Below are positions 29,387 to 39,346 of a stretch of 64,000 nt of DNA, one piece after another. The stretch's first letter is position 1, and each line of letters starts with the position of its first letter. Location of the stretch: contig JBFJCP010000014.1 of assembly GCA_041615815.1 (NCBI GenBank), positions 42,090 through 106,089 on the forward strand, in the 5' to 3' direction. The position numbers and the translations under genes are program-made. The notes beneath the pieces are model-generated. The model was not told where the DNA came from. It worked only from the letters and a program-made list of their open reading frames with translations, and made no database searches. This stretch comes from Gemmatimonadales bacterium (GTDB lineage: Bacteria; Gemmatimonadota; Gemmatimonadetes; Gemmatimonadales; GWC2-71-9).

Positions 29387-30249
29387 TAGCGTGGTGGCTC
29401 CTGCCCTGCCTCCACCTGCTCCAGGATGTCCTGGCACCGCTTGCCCCAAGGACTGTATTTGTTGGCCTTGAAACCGCTGGCCCAGGTTTGCTTGGCAAGC
29501 TCGTGATCTCCACCGAACCACTGGGCCCGGCCCAGCTCGTAATAGGCTTCGATGAGATTGGGACCGAGCTTCAGCGTTTTTTCGAAGAAGGTGGTGGCAT
29601 CTTCGTACATCTCACGTTCCAGGTACACCAAACCCAAGTAATAGTGCGCGTAGAGGGTGGCTTTCTTGTCGTTGTCGAGTCGGATCGCCTTGCTGAGGTG
29701 CTCGATGGCCTCGCCAAAGATCCGTTTCTTCAGACAGATGTATCCCACATTGATCCGGGCCAACGAATTGGCCGGCTCGGCCATCAGCACTTTCTGGAAG
29801 GTCCCGAGGGCTTCGTCGTAGTCCTCGCTCAGCATTTGCGCCCAACCGAGGAGCGACTGTGCCTGCGTATCGCCCGGTGCCAGCTCCAAAGCCCGGCTGA
29901 GGGCCTGGGTAGCAGCCCCGTAGTCGCCGAGGGAAATGAGGTGCCAACCCTTCTCGATGTAGGTGGAGGCACCGAGGTTGTCCACGCGGGCGGCCGGCGC
30001 CGCTCCGGTGAACTGCGGAGCGCGATCCCCGGTCCATCCGGCCGCGATCTGCTTGTAGGTGTCAACCAGCTTCCGGATGTCCTCCTTCAGATCCGAGAGC
30101 TGGGCGATTTCGTAATCCACCGTCTTGAAGAGTTTGATGATCTCGCGTTTCACGGCCTCCCGGCTCTCGGCCGACGACCGCACGTTCTCCAACCGTTTGG
30201 CGATGGCGTCGTACTCCTCGCGCAGGGTCTGCACCATGGGCTCATTCAT
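29386..30249 (-). CDS. Coiled-coil plus TPR protein
   Basis: N-terminal amphipathic heptads followed by about five TPR motifs; overlaps the cheW stop. Confidence 0.85.
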   Translation of the reverse strand: MNEPMVQTLREEYDAIAKRLENVRSSAESREAVKREIIKLFKTVDYEIAQLSDLKEDIRKLVDTYKQIAAGWTGDRAPQFTGAAPAARVDNLGASTYIEKGWHLISLGDYGAATQALSRALELAPGDTQAQSLLGWAQMLSEDYDEALGTFQKVLMAEPANSLARINVGYICLKKRIFGEAIEHLSKAIRLDNDKKATLYAHYYLGLVYLEREMYEDATTFFEKTLKLGPNLIEAYYELGRAQWFGGDHELAKQTWASGFKANKYSPWGKRCQDILEQVEAGQEPPR

Positions 30250-30718
30250 GACCTACCTCCACGGTGAGGGCCTCCAGGGCGATTCGCTCGGTGGAGGTGA
30301 GCAACTTGGACGCGGCGAGGATGACCACCGTTCGTTGCCCCGACGACAGAATACCCGTGATGTACTCCGCCGCCAGGCCCCGAACCAGAGCGGGCGGCGG
30401 CGTGACGCGCTCGGCGTCGACCTTGAGCACCTCGAGGACGGCATCCACGACGACACCGACTCGGCCACTGTCGGATTCGACGATCATGATGCGCGTCTCA
30501 TCGCGCACCGGCGCCTCGGCCCCCACCCGCGTGCGGAGATCGATGACCGGGACCACGGCCCCACCGTAGGGCAGCATGCCCTCCAGAAACTCTGGCGCCT
30601 TGGGAAGTGGCGCAGGCTCCTGATAACGCAGAATCCGCTCCACCTCGAAGACGTTGATCGCGAAATCGCGTCCACCGAGGCGAAACGTGACGAGCTGGAC
30701 TTCGTCGCCGGCGCTCAC
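30242..30718 (-). CDS. cheW: Chemotaxis coupling protein CheW
   Basis: QLVTFRLGG, VERIL, PKAPEFLEG, VVPVIDLR and VGVVVDAV motifs. Start placed at GTG 30718. Confidence 0.92.
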   Translation of the reverse strand: MSAGDEVQLVTFRLGGRDFAINVFEVERILRYQEPAPLPKAPEFLEGMLPYGGAVVPVIDLRTRVGAEAPVRDETRIMIVESDSGRVGVVVDAVLEVLKVDAERVTPPPALVRGLAAEYITGILSSGQRTVVILAASKLLTSTERIALEALTVEVGHE

Positions 30719-31140
30719 GGGACGGCCACGGCCGAGGGCGGTGCCAGCCGTTCGGCGAGGTTCGCCACATCGATGATGGGGACGAGCCGTTCCGAGCGCG
30801 CGATTCCGAGCGCCCAGGGCAGCTGCCATCCCGCCGGCAGCGGCAGGTGATCCTCGCCCACCACGGTGTCGACGTCATCGACTTCGAACACGATCGGACC
30901 CGCGGGACAATGGGTGAGCACCCCCGTCCCGCGAAGCGCCGCGGGCGGGCGATCGTGCGCGATGAGCGCGGCGAGGTCCACCAGCGGAATGAGCCGGTCG
31001 CCCACGGCAGTCACGCCGCGGACTGCGGGCAGGACGCCGGGTGCCCGGTACACAGCGTCCAGATCGAATACGTGATCGAGATCTTCCAGCCGGAAGCCGT
31101 ACTGCTGGCCGTCGGTCCAGGCGAGGAGGTAGCCTTTCAT
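30715..31140 (-). CDS. cheW: CheW-like protein (divergent)
   Basis: [26 protein letters not shown] and LVPIIDV motifs. Confidence 0.8.
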   Translation of the reverse strand: MKGYLLAWTDGQQYGFRLEDLDHVFDLDAVYRAPGVLPAVRGVTAVGDRLIPLVDLAALIAHDRPPAALRGTGVLTHCPAGPIVFEVDDVDTVVGEDHLPLPAGWQLPWALGIARSERLVPIIDVANLAERLAPPSAVAVP

Positions 31141-32216
31141 GCGGTGCGCATCCGCTCGAGCGCCTGGACGATCCGCCTAGCGAGGTGCGGCAGCGACACC
31201 GGTTCCTCCGCAGCCCCACTGCTGAGGGCGACCTGGGGCATGCCGAAGATGACCGCGGTTTCGCGATCCTGCGCCATCGTTCGTCCCCCGGCTTCTCGCA
31301 TCGCCTGCAGTCCTTCCGCGCCGTCCCGGCCCATGCCCGTCAGCACGACGCCGACGGCGTCGCCTCCGAAGACCGTCGCCACCGATCGGAAGAGTGGATC
31401 GGCCGCCGGTCGCACGCCCCAGACCGGGACGTCGCGGCTGAGCGCCAGATACGGTCCGTCTTCATTCACAGCCACCCGCATATGATAATCTCCGGGGGCC
31501 ACGTACGCCGTGTCTTGAAGGAGGGGGACGCCATCCTCCGCCTCGACCACACGGAGCTGGCTCGCGTGGTCGAGACGTTGCGCCAGGCTGCGGGTGAACT
31601 TGGGGGGCATGTGCTGCACGATGAGGATGGCCGCACCCTGGCCTGGGGTGATCCGGGGAACGATCTCGGCCAAGGCCCTCGGTCCCCCTGTGCTCGCGGC
31701 GAGCGCGACGACCGCCCGGGCCCGACCCACGAGGGGAGGGCGCGGTGGTCGCGACGGCGCAGGTGCAATCCCCGCCAGCATCGGCACGCGATCCAGGTGG
31801 GCCTGGCGGGCCGCATCCAACGCGCCGAGCAGCCCATCGCGCAGGGTGTCGAGCGCCCCCGCGTCTCGACCTTCCGGTTTCGCCACGACTTCCACGGCGC
31901 CCAACTCGAGTGCGCGAATCGCCGCGTCGGTGCCCGGACCGACGTAGGCGCTCACCACCACGATTGGACGAGGCGCCTCGCTCATGATGTAGCCGATGGC
32001 ATCGAGGCCGTCGAGACGGGGCATCTCGATATCCATCGTGACCAGGTCGGGCTCGTAGCGATGCGTCTTCTCGATGGCATCCTGCCCGTCACGGGCGGTC
32101 GCGACGACCCGGAAGGCGTCGCTGCAACCGATCAGGTCGGACAGGACTCGGCGCATGAACGCGCTGTCGTCGACCACCAGCACGGTGGTCCGGCCGTCAG
32201 AGCTCTTCGACCGCAT
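31137..32216 (-). CDS. cheB: Chemotaxis methylesterase CheB (receiver plus esterase domain)
   Basis: [25 protein letters not shown] and TGMGRDG motifs. Start placed at ATG 32216. Confidence 0.96.
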   Translation of the reverse strand: MRSKSSDGRTTVLVVDDSAFMRRVLSDLIGCSDAFRVVATARDGQDAIEKTHRYEPDLVTMDIEMPRLDGLDAIGYIMSEAPRPIVVVSAYVGPGTDAAIRALELGAVEVVAKPEGRDAGALDTLRDGLLGALDAARQAHLDRVPMLAGIAPAPSRPPRPPLVGRARAVVALAASTGGPRALAEIVPRITPGQGAAILIVQHMPPKFTRSLAQRLDHASQLRVVEAEDGVPLLQDTAYVAPGDYHMRVAVNEDGPYLALSRDVPVWGVRPAADPLFRSVATVFGGDAVGVVLTGMGRDGAEGLQAMREAGGRTMAQDRETAVIFGMPQVALSSGAAEEPVSLPHLARRIVQALERMRTA

Positions 32217-32691
32217 GCCCGACGGACCGCACGTGCACCGTACCGTTGGCCACATCAAACCACACCGACCGGCCGGTCTCGCCACCCACCGCTTCCCCAA
32301 CGATGGGGATGCCGGCGCTTCGCAGGCCGAACCGGCAGGCGACGACATTGCGCTCGCCGATGTGAATGGTCCCCGCTTGGAGGAGATCAGCGAACATGCT
32401 CGCGCCTCCAATGAGGCGCGCCGTCACGCGGCGGACATCCGCGCCGCACTCCCGCATCTGCGCCACGGTGTGGGGTATGGCCGTATCCGCGGCCCGACCG
32501 GGATGGGCCGGATGCTTGGAGAGCGCGCGTGTGGGGAGGAGGACGTGCGCCAACGCCCCGACCTGCGTGGCCTCGTCGTACAAGATGACCGCTACGCAGC
32601 TGCCAAGGCCCAACGCGGAGAGGGTACCGGTCCCGCGCGCAATGGCGACCTCACCCATCCGCACCAACCGCTGGTCGGGTATCGTGGTCAC
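32197..32691 (-). CDS. cheD: Chemoreceptor glutamine deamidase CheD
   Basis: [26 protein letters not shown] and VGGETGR motifs. Start placed at GTG 32691. Confidence 0.93.
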   Translation of the reverse strand: MTTIPDQRLVRMGEVAIARGTGTLSALGLGSCVAVILYDEATQVGALAHVLLPTRALSKHPAHPGRAADTAIPHTVAQMRECGADVRRVTARLIGGASMFADLLQAGTIHIGERNVVACRFGLRSAGIPIVGEAVGGETGRSVWFDVANGTVHVRSVGHAVEEL

Positions 32692-33500
32692 GGACGGCGG
32701 TAGATGCGCTCCCGGGCGTTTTCCAGCACGAGTCGCTGCCGCGCCTCGCCAAACAGCACTTCCACCTTGCCGAGGATCAGGAATCCTCCCGGGCGCAGCG
32801 CATCGATGAAGCGGGCAAAGAGCCGGTCCTGACTGGGGCGGTCGAAGTAGATGACCACGTTGCGGCAGACGATGAGATCGTAGGGCGGCGACGGCGGTGG
32901 GTCTCGGAGCACATCGTGCTGGGCGAATTGCACCAGGTCTCGGACGGCTGGAGCGACGATCCATCGCTCGCCCGGCGTGAAGTACCGGGCCATCACCTCG
33001 GGCGGCGTTTCCTCGAGCGTTCCCTGAGGATACGTGCCGCGGGCAGCGCGTTCGAGACTCTTGCGATCGAAATCCGTGGCGTCGATGGAGATGCGGACCG
33101 AATCGTCACCGGTCCGCCGGGCGTGCTCGAGAAACACGATGGCGAGCGTATACGGCTCTTCACCGGAGGCGCAACCGGCTGACCACACGCGCCGGTGCCC
33201 AGGTCCTCGCCCCCACAGTGCCGACACCACGTCCCGCATCACCACGTCCCACGTTTCGCGATTGCGAAAGAACTTCGTCACGTTGATCGTCAACGCTTCG
33301 AGCAGCCGGTCGTATTCGCCGCGGTCGTCGTCCAGTACCTCCGCATACTGGGCGTACGTGTGCACGCCCCGGGCCCGCATGCGAACGGCGATCCGCCGGC
33401 GCAGACAACTCTCCTTGTACGACTCGCACCATACGCCGCGCTCGGCTGCGACCTTTCCCATCAATCGGACCAGGTCCGCATCCCGCTCGTTGGGCTTCAC
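32688..33500 (-). CDS. cheR: Chemotaxis methyltransferase CheR
   Basis: TINVTKFFRN, WSAGCASGEEPY and CRNVVIYF motifs. Confidence 0.96.
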   Translation of the reverse strand: MKPNERDADLVRLMGKVAAERGVWCESYKESCLRRRIAVRMRARGVHTYAQYAEVLDDDRGEYDRLLEALTINVTKFFRNRETWDVVMRDVVSALWGRGPGHRRVWSAGCASGEEPYTLAIVFLEHARRTGDDSVRISIDATDFDRKSLERAARGTYPQGTLEETPPEVMARYFTPGERWIVAPAVRDLVQFAQHDVLRDPPPSPPYDLIVCRNVVIYFDRPSQDRLFARFIDALRPGGFLILGKVEVLFGEARQRLVLENARERIYRRP

Positions 33501-35116
33501 TTGAGGGCTTGCATGGTTTCGAGGTTCGCCCGGGCCAACTCGTGATTCGGGTTCAGCTCGAGCACCATCTGCCAGAGGCTCGCTGCCCCGTCGTGGTCAT
33601 GTTGCTTGTAGGCGATGTTGCCCAACCGGAAGTAGACGTCCTCCCCGAGCTTGGGATCGAGGCGAACCGCTCGCTGGTAGCTGTCCCACGCGTCGTTGAA
33701 GCGGCCAGCCCGATAGAACAGGTCACCCAGATTCTTGGAGATTTGGGGCAGCGAAGGGTCGTCGGTGAGCGCTTGTTCCAGTACTTCCTGGGCGTCGTCG
33801 CGATCGCCGCGCACTTCCAGGAGGACCGCAAGGTTGTTACGCAGCACGACCTGATCGGGGAACTGCTCGAGCCCCTCGCGGATGAGACGCTCGGACTCGT
33901 CGTACCGCTCCAGACCTGCCGCCGCGAGCGAGCGCGCCCAATACCACAGTTCGGTGAGCGCGCGGTCCCGAGCGACCTCACGCGCGCGGTCGAGCCGACC
34001 CGCCGCCACCTCGCAATCGCCACGGCGCAGAGCCGCCACTCCCCAGCCGGTGAGCACTCGGGGATCGTGGCGCGCCTTCGAGGCCGCTTCGGCGTACACA
34101 CTTTCGGCTTCCTCGAGCCGGTCCGCCTTCTCATAGCTGAGCGCCAGGTTGTACAGGATCGACGGCTTGGGCCCCTCCCGCTCCGCCGCCTTCTTGAGGA
34201 GTTCCGCCGCCTCGGACCACCGCGCCTGTTTGAGCGCGATCAAACCCAAATGGAACCACGCCGACCCGTCCTCCGGCCGGAGCTCGACGACCTGCCGGAA
34301 CTCGCGTGCCGATTCATCCAACATCCCGGCCTTGAAGAAGGCGACCCCGAGATTCCGGTGCTCGCCCATGCGCGTGTCACTGACCTCTTCGGTCGGGGGC
34401 GCTTGACTGCGCCCCGTGGGGTGCAGAAAGCCGGCGGTCAGGAGCCCATACAGCGCCTTGCCCACGTCGAACTCGTTCATCCCCGAATCTTCGACCACGT
34501 GTGCCACGTCCCGCACGCCGTCTACGAGCGGCAGAATACGCTCTTGCTCCGATGTCAGCGTGACGTCCGAGCTGCTGAGCCGGCCACGGTCGACGGAAAA
34601 GATGATATCGAACGACGGAATCTTCTTTTCGATGAGGCTCCACTCGTCCACGCGGCGAGCGCCCTCCAGCAACAACGATTCCGGATTGATGGAGATGGCG
34701 AAATCGTGCCGGTCGGGACGCACGTCGCCTTCGAACTGGAAGTTTCCGCTGGACCAGGTGAAGAGATTGTAGACGGCCTCCTCGATCTGCACCCGCACGT
34801 AGTGCTCGAGGTCGTCTCGCGAGAGCGCGCCCTGCTGCACCAGGATTTGTCCCAATCGTTGGTCCGGCGTTCGCCCTTGCTGCTCCACCGCGGCCACGAG
34901 CTCCTGCTGGGTGATCTTGTCGTTCTTGACCAGGATATCGCCGAGGCGATCGCGTCGATTCACGATCATCGCGTCCGCGATCCGTCCCCGTTCGAAGTAG
35001 ATGTGCCCCAGATTCTGCCGATCGCTGATGGTCAGGCATCCCGTCTTCTGCCCGAGGGCGAGGAGCTGGAGCACGTCGGGAAGTGACGCCTCTTTGAGGC
35101 TGCCGCGGATGGCCAC
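33497..35116 (-). CDS. DUF4388 (PatA-N-like) + tandem MshEN-like motif + TPR protein
   Basis: MAIRGSLKEASLPDVLQLL..KTG, two RLGxILV..Q motifs, LLLEGARRVDEW, and C-terminal TPRs. Confidence 0.85.
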   Translation of the reverse strand: MAIRGSLKEASLPDVLQLLALGQKTGCLTISDRQNLGHIYFERGRIADAMIVNRRDRLGDILVKNDKITQQELVAAVEQQGRTPDQRLGQILVQQGALSRDDLEHYVRVQIEEAVYNLFTWSSGNFQFEGDVRPDRHDFAISINPESLLLEGARRVDEWSLIEKKIPSFDIIFSVDRGRLSSSDVTLTSEQERILPLVDGVRDVAHVVEDSGMNEFDVGKALYGLLTAGFLHPTGRSQAPPTEEVSDTRMGEHRNLGVAFFKAGMLDESAREFRQVVELRPEDGSAWFHLGLIALKQARWSEAAELLKKAAEREGPKPSILYNLALSYEKADRLEEAESVYAEAASKARHDPRVLTGWGVAALRRGDCEVAAGRLDRAREVARDRALTELWYWARSLAAAGLERYDESERLIREGLEQFPDQVVLRNNLAVLLEVRGDRDDAQEVLEQALTDDPSLPQISKNLGDLFYRAGRFNDAWDSYQRAVRLDPKLGEDVYFRLGNIAYKQHDHDGAASLWQMVLELNPNHELARANLETMQALK

Positions 35117-37080
35117 TAGTACATCTCCTCGATGGCCCGCTCACCGGGATCGGGCCAGGTCCACACCATCTTCTCACGGCTGGTGACCCCACCCCGCGGC
35201 GACGCGATGACACCACTGGTGCGCATGCCGGTGGGCCGCGGCCGGACGGGTTGCGCTCCCTCTACTAGCTCGCGAGCCAGGCTCACCGACGGCGACACGC
35301 CCCGCGTCTCCGCGGTGTCGAGCACGCGCTGGACCATGCCGACCACCGCTCGAATCCCGTCGGCCGAGCGGGCTGCGAGGTAGTCCGCGAGGTCGTCACT
35401 CACCTCACCATGCCGCTCCTTGAGCTTGCGGGCCACGATGGCGCGCCGCAGCTCGCGGTCCGGCGTCCCGATGGCGACCACCTGTCCCATTTCCAAGAGC
35501 GCCGCGAGTTCCCCGCCAAGACCTTCCGAGACGCGGGGCGCGGTGGTGAGCGTGACCACCACCTGTCGGTGCGATGCCCGGAACTGCGCGATGAGATGGG
35601 CCAGCTCTTCCTGCGGACGCTCCTTGCCAGCCAGCAGCTGCACGTCATCCAGCAAGAACGCGGTCACGGGTTGATAGCGGGACAGCCAGATGCCCAGTCG
35701 GTCACCCTCGAGCGCGTCCTCGAGCTCGTCTTCGAATTGTTGGGCGGAGAAGCACGCGACCATGGCGCTGGGCTTGGCGGCGAGGGCGTTGCCGATCGCG
35801 TGGAGCAAGTGCGTCTTGCCGACCCCGCTGGGACCCACCAGAACCACGAGGGGCCGTTCCACACCCGGCGCCTCGAGCGCGACACGAGCCGCTTGGAGTG
35901 CCGCGCGATTGGCCTCTCCCTCCACGTAGGTCTCGAACCGCCATGCCGCCGACGGCGCGGGCGGGGGAACCTGATGCTTGGTCGCCTCTTGCACGAGCGC
36001 CTCGGCTTCCGCCACGCGGTCCGGATCGGTGAACGCCGGGTCTTCCACCCGAGCGGGATCGACGGTTTGCATGACACCAGCCAGCGAGCGAAGACGTTTC
36101 ACATCGCGCTCGAACTCGCGCAGGGCCTGGTCGACGGCGACCGAGACGTCCTGGAGCAACAGCTGTTCGAGCCGCGCCGTGCGATACCCCTCTTGCTGCC
36201 ACCGCTCGATCCCCGCCTCGAGACGGGTCCGCCACTGCTCGACCTGGTGCTCCACGGCCTCGGTGACGTCGGACAAGAATGCCGCGAACTCGTCACGCGA
36301 CGGCGCGGCTCCAGCTCCCACCGGCATCGGCGTGCCACCCCCCACCGCCGCAAGGGCGGCGCCCTCTCCCGCCACCAACGCCTGGACCATGTCCGCATTC
36401 AGGGCCTGCTCGCTCACCGCCTGAAGCGCGACAACGCGATTCAGATAGCCGAGGAGCTCGCGAATGCTCGAGACTTCGAGCCGCGCCAATGTCTCGACCA
36501 CGTCTGCAGCCAATTCGGCGCCGCGTTCCCGGGCGCGTTGTTCCAGCACGGCAATTCGCGTCTGGAACTCTGGGAGGCCGATGTCCACCACCAGACCGCC
36601 GGCCAGGTTGGCGCGGAGCTGATCGTCGAGATCCTCGATCTCCGACGGCGCCTTGGTGCCCGTCAACACGACCTGCTTACCCGACTGCTGGAGCTGGGTC
36701 AGCACTCGGGAGAGCTCGCTCTGGAGGTCGGTCCGACGGGAGAGATACTGTACGTCGTCGAGCAACAAGAAATCGACCTGGCTGAAGCGGTTGCGGAACG
36801 CTTCTGTCTGTCCCGCGGCGGCGGCGGCCTGGAACGCCTCCTGAAACTCCTCCAGCGACAGGTAGGTCACGGTGCTGGCGGGCGTGAGCATGTTGGCCAG
36901 CTGACCGATGGCCATCACGAGGTGCGTCTTCCCGAGACCCGGGCCCCCATGAATCACCAAGGGGTTGTACGCGGTCCCCGGCGCCTCGGCCACGGCGCGT
37001 GCAGCGCTGACGGCCAGTTGATTGGCCGGCCCCACGACGAAGGTGCCGAACGTGTACCGCGGATTGAGGCCCGCCGTCAC
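35116..37080 (-). CDS. Protein with two tandem DnaA/Hda-type AAA+ modules and no DnaA domain I or IV
   Basis: Module 1: [35 protein letters not shown]. Module 2: [31 protein letters not shown]. Confidence 0.88.
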   Translation of the reverse strand: MTAGLNPRYTFGTFVVGPANQLAVSAARAVAEAPGTAYNPLVIHGGPGLGKTHLVMAIGQLANMLTPASTVTYLSLEEFQEAFQAAAAAGQTEAFRNRFSQVDFLLLDDVQYLSRRTDLQSELSRVLTQLQQSGKQVVLTGTKAPSEIEDLDDQLRANLAGGLVVDIGLPEFQTRIAVLEQRARERGAELAADVVETLARLEVSSIRELLGYLNRVVALQAVSEQALNADMVQALVAGEGAALAAVGGGTPMPVGAGAAPSRDEFAAFLSDVTEAVEHQVEQWRTRLEAGIERWQQEGYRTARLEQLLLQDVSVAVDQALREFERDVKRLRSLAGVMQTVDPARVEDPAFTDPDRVAEAEALVQEATKHQVPPPAPSAAWRFETYVEGEANRAALQAARVALEAPGVERPLVVLVGPSGVGKTHLLHAIGNALAAKPSAMVACFSAQQFEDELEDALEGDRLGIWLSRYQPVTAFLLDDVQLLAGKERPQEELAHLIAQFRASHRQVVVTLTTAPRVSEGLGGELAALLEMGQVVAIGTPDRELRRAIVARKLKERHGEVSDDLADYLAARSADGIRAVVGMVQRVLDTAETRGVSPSVSLARELVEGAQPVRPRPTGMRTSGVIASPRGGVTSREKMVWTWPDPGERAIEEMY

Positions 37081-37676
37081 GCCGGCGTCTCCTGGCTCAG
37101 TCTCCGGAGCACTCGCTCCGAAACCGCCTTGAGGGTCTCGAAGATCCCACTGCCGTTGAGCGCCTCGGCCGAGAAGCTCGGCACGCCTCGGAAGTTCAGG
37201 GCGTCGTCGAGTTCTTCGGGCGAGAGAATGAGATCTCTGGGCAGATCTTGCTTGTTGTACTGCAGCACCAACGGCAGCTCCCGGATGTCGACGCCTTGCT
37301 CCAGGAGGTTGATCTGTAGGTTCTGCATGCTCTCGAGATTCTCGTCGAGCTGCCGCGCTTGGGAGTCGGCGACGAAGACCACACCATCGGCGCCTTGGAG
37401 CACGAGCTTGCGCGTGGCGTCGTAGTAGACCTGCCCGGGCACCGTGTACAGCTGAAAGCGGGTGGTGAAGCCCGAAATGGCACCGAGCTCGAGGGGCAGA
37501 AAATCGAAGAACAACGTGCGATCCGTTTGGGTCGCCAGCGACACCATTCGGCCCCGCCGACCCTCGGGTACTCGGGCGTAGATATACTGCAGATTCGTCG
37601 TCTTGCCGGACCGACCGGGCCCGTAGTAGACGATCTTACAGGTGATCTCGCGGGTGGTGAAATTCACGAGGGACAT
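37077..37676 (-). CDS. mglA: Small Ras-like GTPase MglA
   Basis: [29 protein letters not shown] and NKQD motifs. Start placed at ATG 37676. Confidence 0.96.
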   Translation of the reverse strand: MSLVNFTTREITCKIVYYGPGRSGKTTNLQYIYARVPEGRRGRMVSLATQTDRTLFFDFLPLELGAISGFTTRFQLYTVPGQVYYDATRKLVLQGADGVVFVADSQARQLDENLESMQNLQINLLEQGVDIRELPLVLQYNKQDLPRDLILSPEELDDALNFRGVPSFSAEALNGSGIFETLKAVSERVLRRLSQETPA

Positions 37677-37680
37677 GGGA

Positions 37681-38151
37681 TCACCGTCCGAAGAGGGCCG
37701 CGAGGCTCTCGTTGAGCTCACGCTCGAAGTCTTTGGCGAGCACGAGTTTTTTGGCCGTGGGCTCGGGGCTGGCTTCGAGCAGCTCGCGCACGAGCTCTTC
37801 GAAAAACAGTTGCACCAACCCCACCGAGGAGTCTCCGCCATACACGGCAAGGAGCAGCATGCGCCCCCGCGGCAGCTCGAAGCCGCCGAGGAAAACACCG
37901 TGTTGCGCGCCCTGATGATTCAGGGACTGGAACGACGCGTCGCTGAGCATCTTCGCGATTTCCCTGCTCGACGACATGATGGCCGCGCCAAGGGCCGCAG
38001 CGGACATCACGTCCACAGCGCGCGTGAACCCGTGTTGCGCGAGCACCTGACCGGCCGGCGTCATGAGGAGCGTCAACCGAGCCTGGCTTTCCCGTACGAA
38101 CCGCTCCAACGGTTCGACGGTCCACGGCTCGACCGCCCGGGTGAGATTCAC
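37681..38151 (-). CDS. mglB: MglB (roadblock/LC7 GAP of MglA) with a C-terminal amphipathic helix
   Basis: [18 protein letters not shown] and SSVGLVQL; immediately upstream of mglA. Start placed at GTG 38151. Confidence 0.85.
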   Translation of the reverse strand: MNLTRAVEPWTVEPLERFVRESQARLTLLMTPAGQVLAQHGFTRAVDVMSAAALGAAIMSSSREIAKMLSDASFQSLNHQGAQHGVFLGGFELPRGRMLLLAVYGGDSSVGLVQLFFEELVRELLEASPEPTAKKLVLAKDFERELNESLAALFGR

Positions 38152-38519
38152 ACGACCGCCTCGGCGACCCGCCGCATTTCCAACCGAAGCAGTCCGATAT
38201 TCACGTCCCGATCCCCCACGGCCACCACCAGCACGCCATCCGGTGCCGGAACGGCCAGAATGGTCCCCCCGTGCGCCTGGAGATGGAGAAACCGCGGAAC
38301 CCCTCCCCCCGCGGCTTCGCTTGCCTTTCGCAACCGCTTGGCGAGGCTCGCCGCCAACGCCGCCACGGCGTTGCCGCGCACGCCTTCCATGAGCGACTCG
38401 GCCACGACGAGTCCGTCCTCGCCGGCCACCAGCATCGCACCGCGCACTCCCCGAATGCGGGTGATCCGTTCCAACGCATCCGTGAACGCGAGCGTCACCG
38501 ACGTTGCTCCTTGAGCCAT
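38148..38519 (-). CDS. Roadblock/LC7 domain protein
   Basis: GVRGAMLVAGEDGLVVAE, VAALAA and NIGLLRLEM motifs. Confidence 0.88.
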   Translation of the reverse strand: MAQGATSVTLAFTDALERITRIRGVRGAMLVAGEDGLVVAESLMEGVRGNAVAALAASLAKRLRKASEAAGGGVPRFLHLQAHGGTILAVPAPDGVLVVAVGDRDVNIGLLRLEMRRVAEAVV

Positions 38520-39346
38520 TGGCGCGCGCGGCGCGATGCCCGTTCCGCCAGTACCCCGAGCCGTCCCTGCGGGACGGACCGGTCACGGGACATGAGCAGG
38601 ACGGTCCGCTCACTCGGTCGAGCGAGCAGCAGGTTGCCGCCGTCCCCCTCGACGAGCATCGACCGCCACTCGCCGAGCTCCAAGAGCCTGGCGGTGCGCT
38701 CCGCTTCTTGCGCCGCTCCTGCGAGGTGGGCCGCCACCTCTTCGGCGATATCGGCCCCATCCACGGCGTGGAGGGACCCGGTGAGCACCAACCCGCGCTC
38801 GTCGACCAGCAGGATCCCATCGCCGCCGCCGCCTTCCAGATCTTCCCACGGGGTCGGTGGGGTGGGAGGGGCCCGCGGCGCCGACGCTCGGGGTTCCTCT
38901 GGGGCCGGCGGTGCGTCCGGCCCCGCGGCCGGTTCCGTAGGTGGCGCCGAGCCCTCACGAACGCGTTGGAGGGCCTGGACCACGGTTTGATCAGTCGGAT
39001 CCGCCGCCAGGGCAAACTCGAGGTGCTCGACCGCCCCATCCAAGTCCCCCCAGCGATAGCACAAAAACCCCAGCCCTTTGTGGGCTCCGAGATGGCCAGG
39101 GTCCAGCTCCAGACCCACGGTCCACTCGTGGTACGCCCGCTCGAAGTCACCCAGATCGATCAGGACCCGGGCGTACAGATCGTGCGCGGCCGAGAGGTCG
39201 GGATGCCGCACGACACCCGACGCGGCGATGCGCGCGGCGGAATCGGTCTGCCCCCGCGTCCGCAGGGCCTCGCCGAGCCGCAGGAAGACGAGGCTCGCGG
39301 GATCGCGAGCGAGCTCGGCTGTCATGGCCTTGATGTCGTCAGCCAT
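38495..39346 (-). CDS. TPR + Pro-rich linker + roadblock/LC7 fusion protein
   Basis: N-terminal TPRs (ELARDPASLVFLRLGEALR), P/A-rich linker, then ILLVDERGLVL..LLELGEW roadblock-like domain. Start placed at ATG 39346. Confidence 0.8.
   Translation of the reverse strand: MADDIKAMTAELARDPASLVFLRLGEALRTRGQTDSAARIAASGVVRHPDLSAAHDLYARVLIDLGDFERAYHEWTVGLELDPGHLGAHKGLGFLCYRWGDLDGAVEHLEFALAADPTDQTVVQALQRVREGSAPPTEPAAGPDAPPAPEEPRASAPRAPPTPPTPWEDLEGGGGDGILLVDERGLVLTGSLHAVDGADIAEEVAAHLAGAAQEAERTARLLELGEWRSMLVEGDGGNLLLARPSERTVLLMSRDRSVPQGRLGVLAERASRRARQWLKEQRR

Noticed and set aside
35116..37080. Calling this gene dnaA and looking for oriC
   Set aside because: No domain IV, no dnaN/recF/gyrB neighbours, no intergenic space, and I saw no TTATCCACA box cluster.
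37681..39150. 489-aa ORF suggesting a large MglB fusion
   Set aside because: The upstream part overlaps two better-supported genes in other frames; only 37681-38151 is MglB-like.
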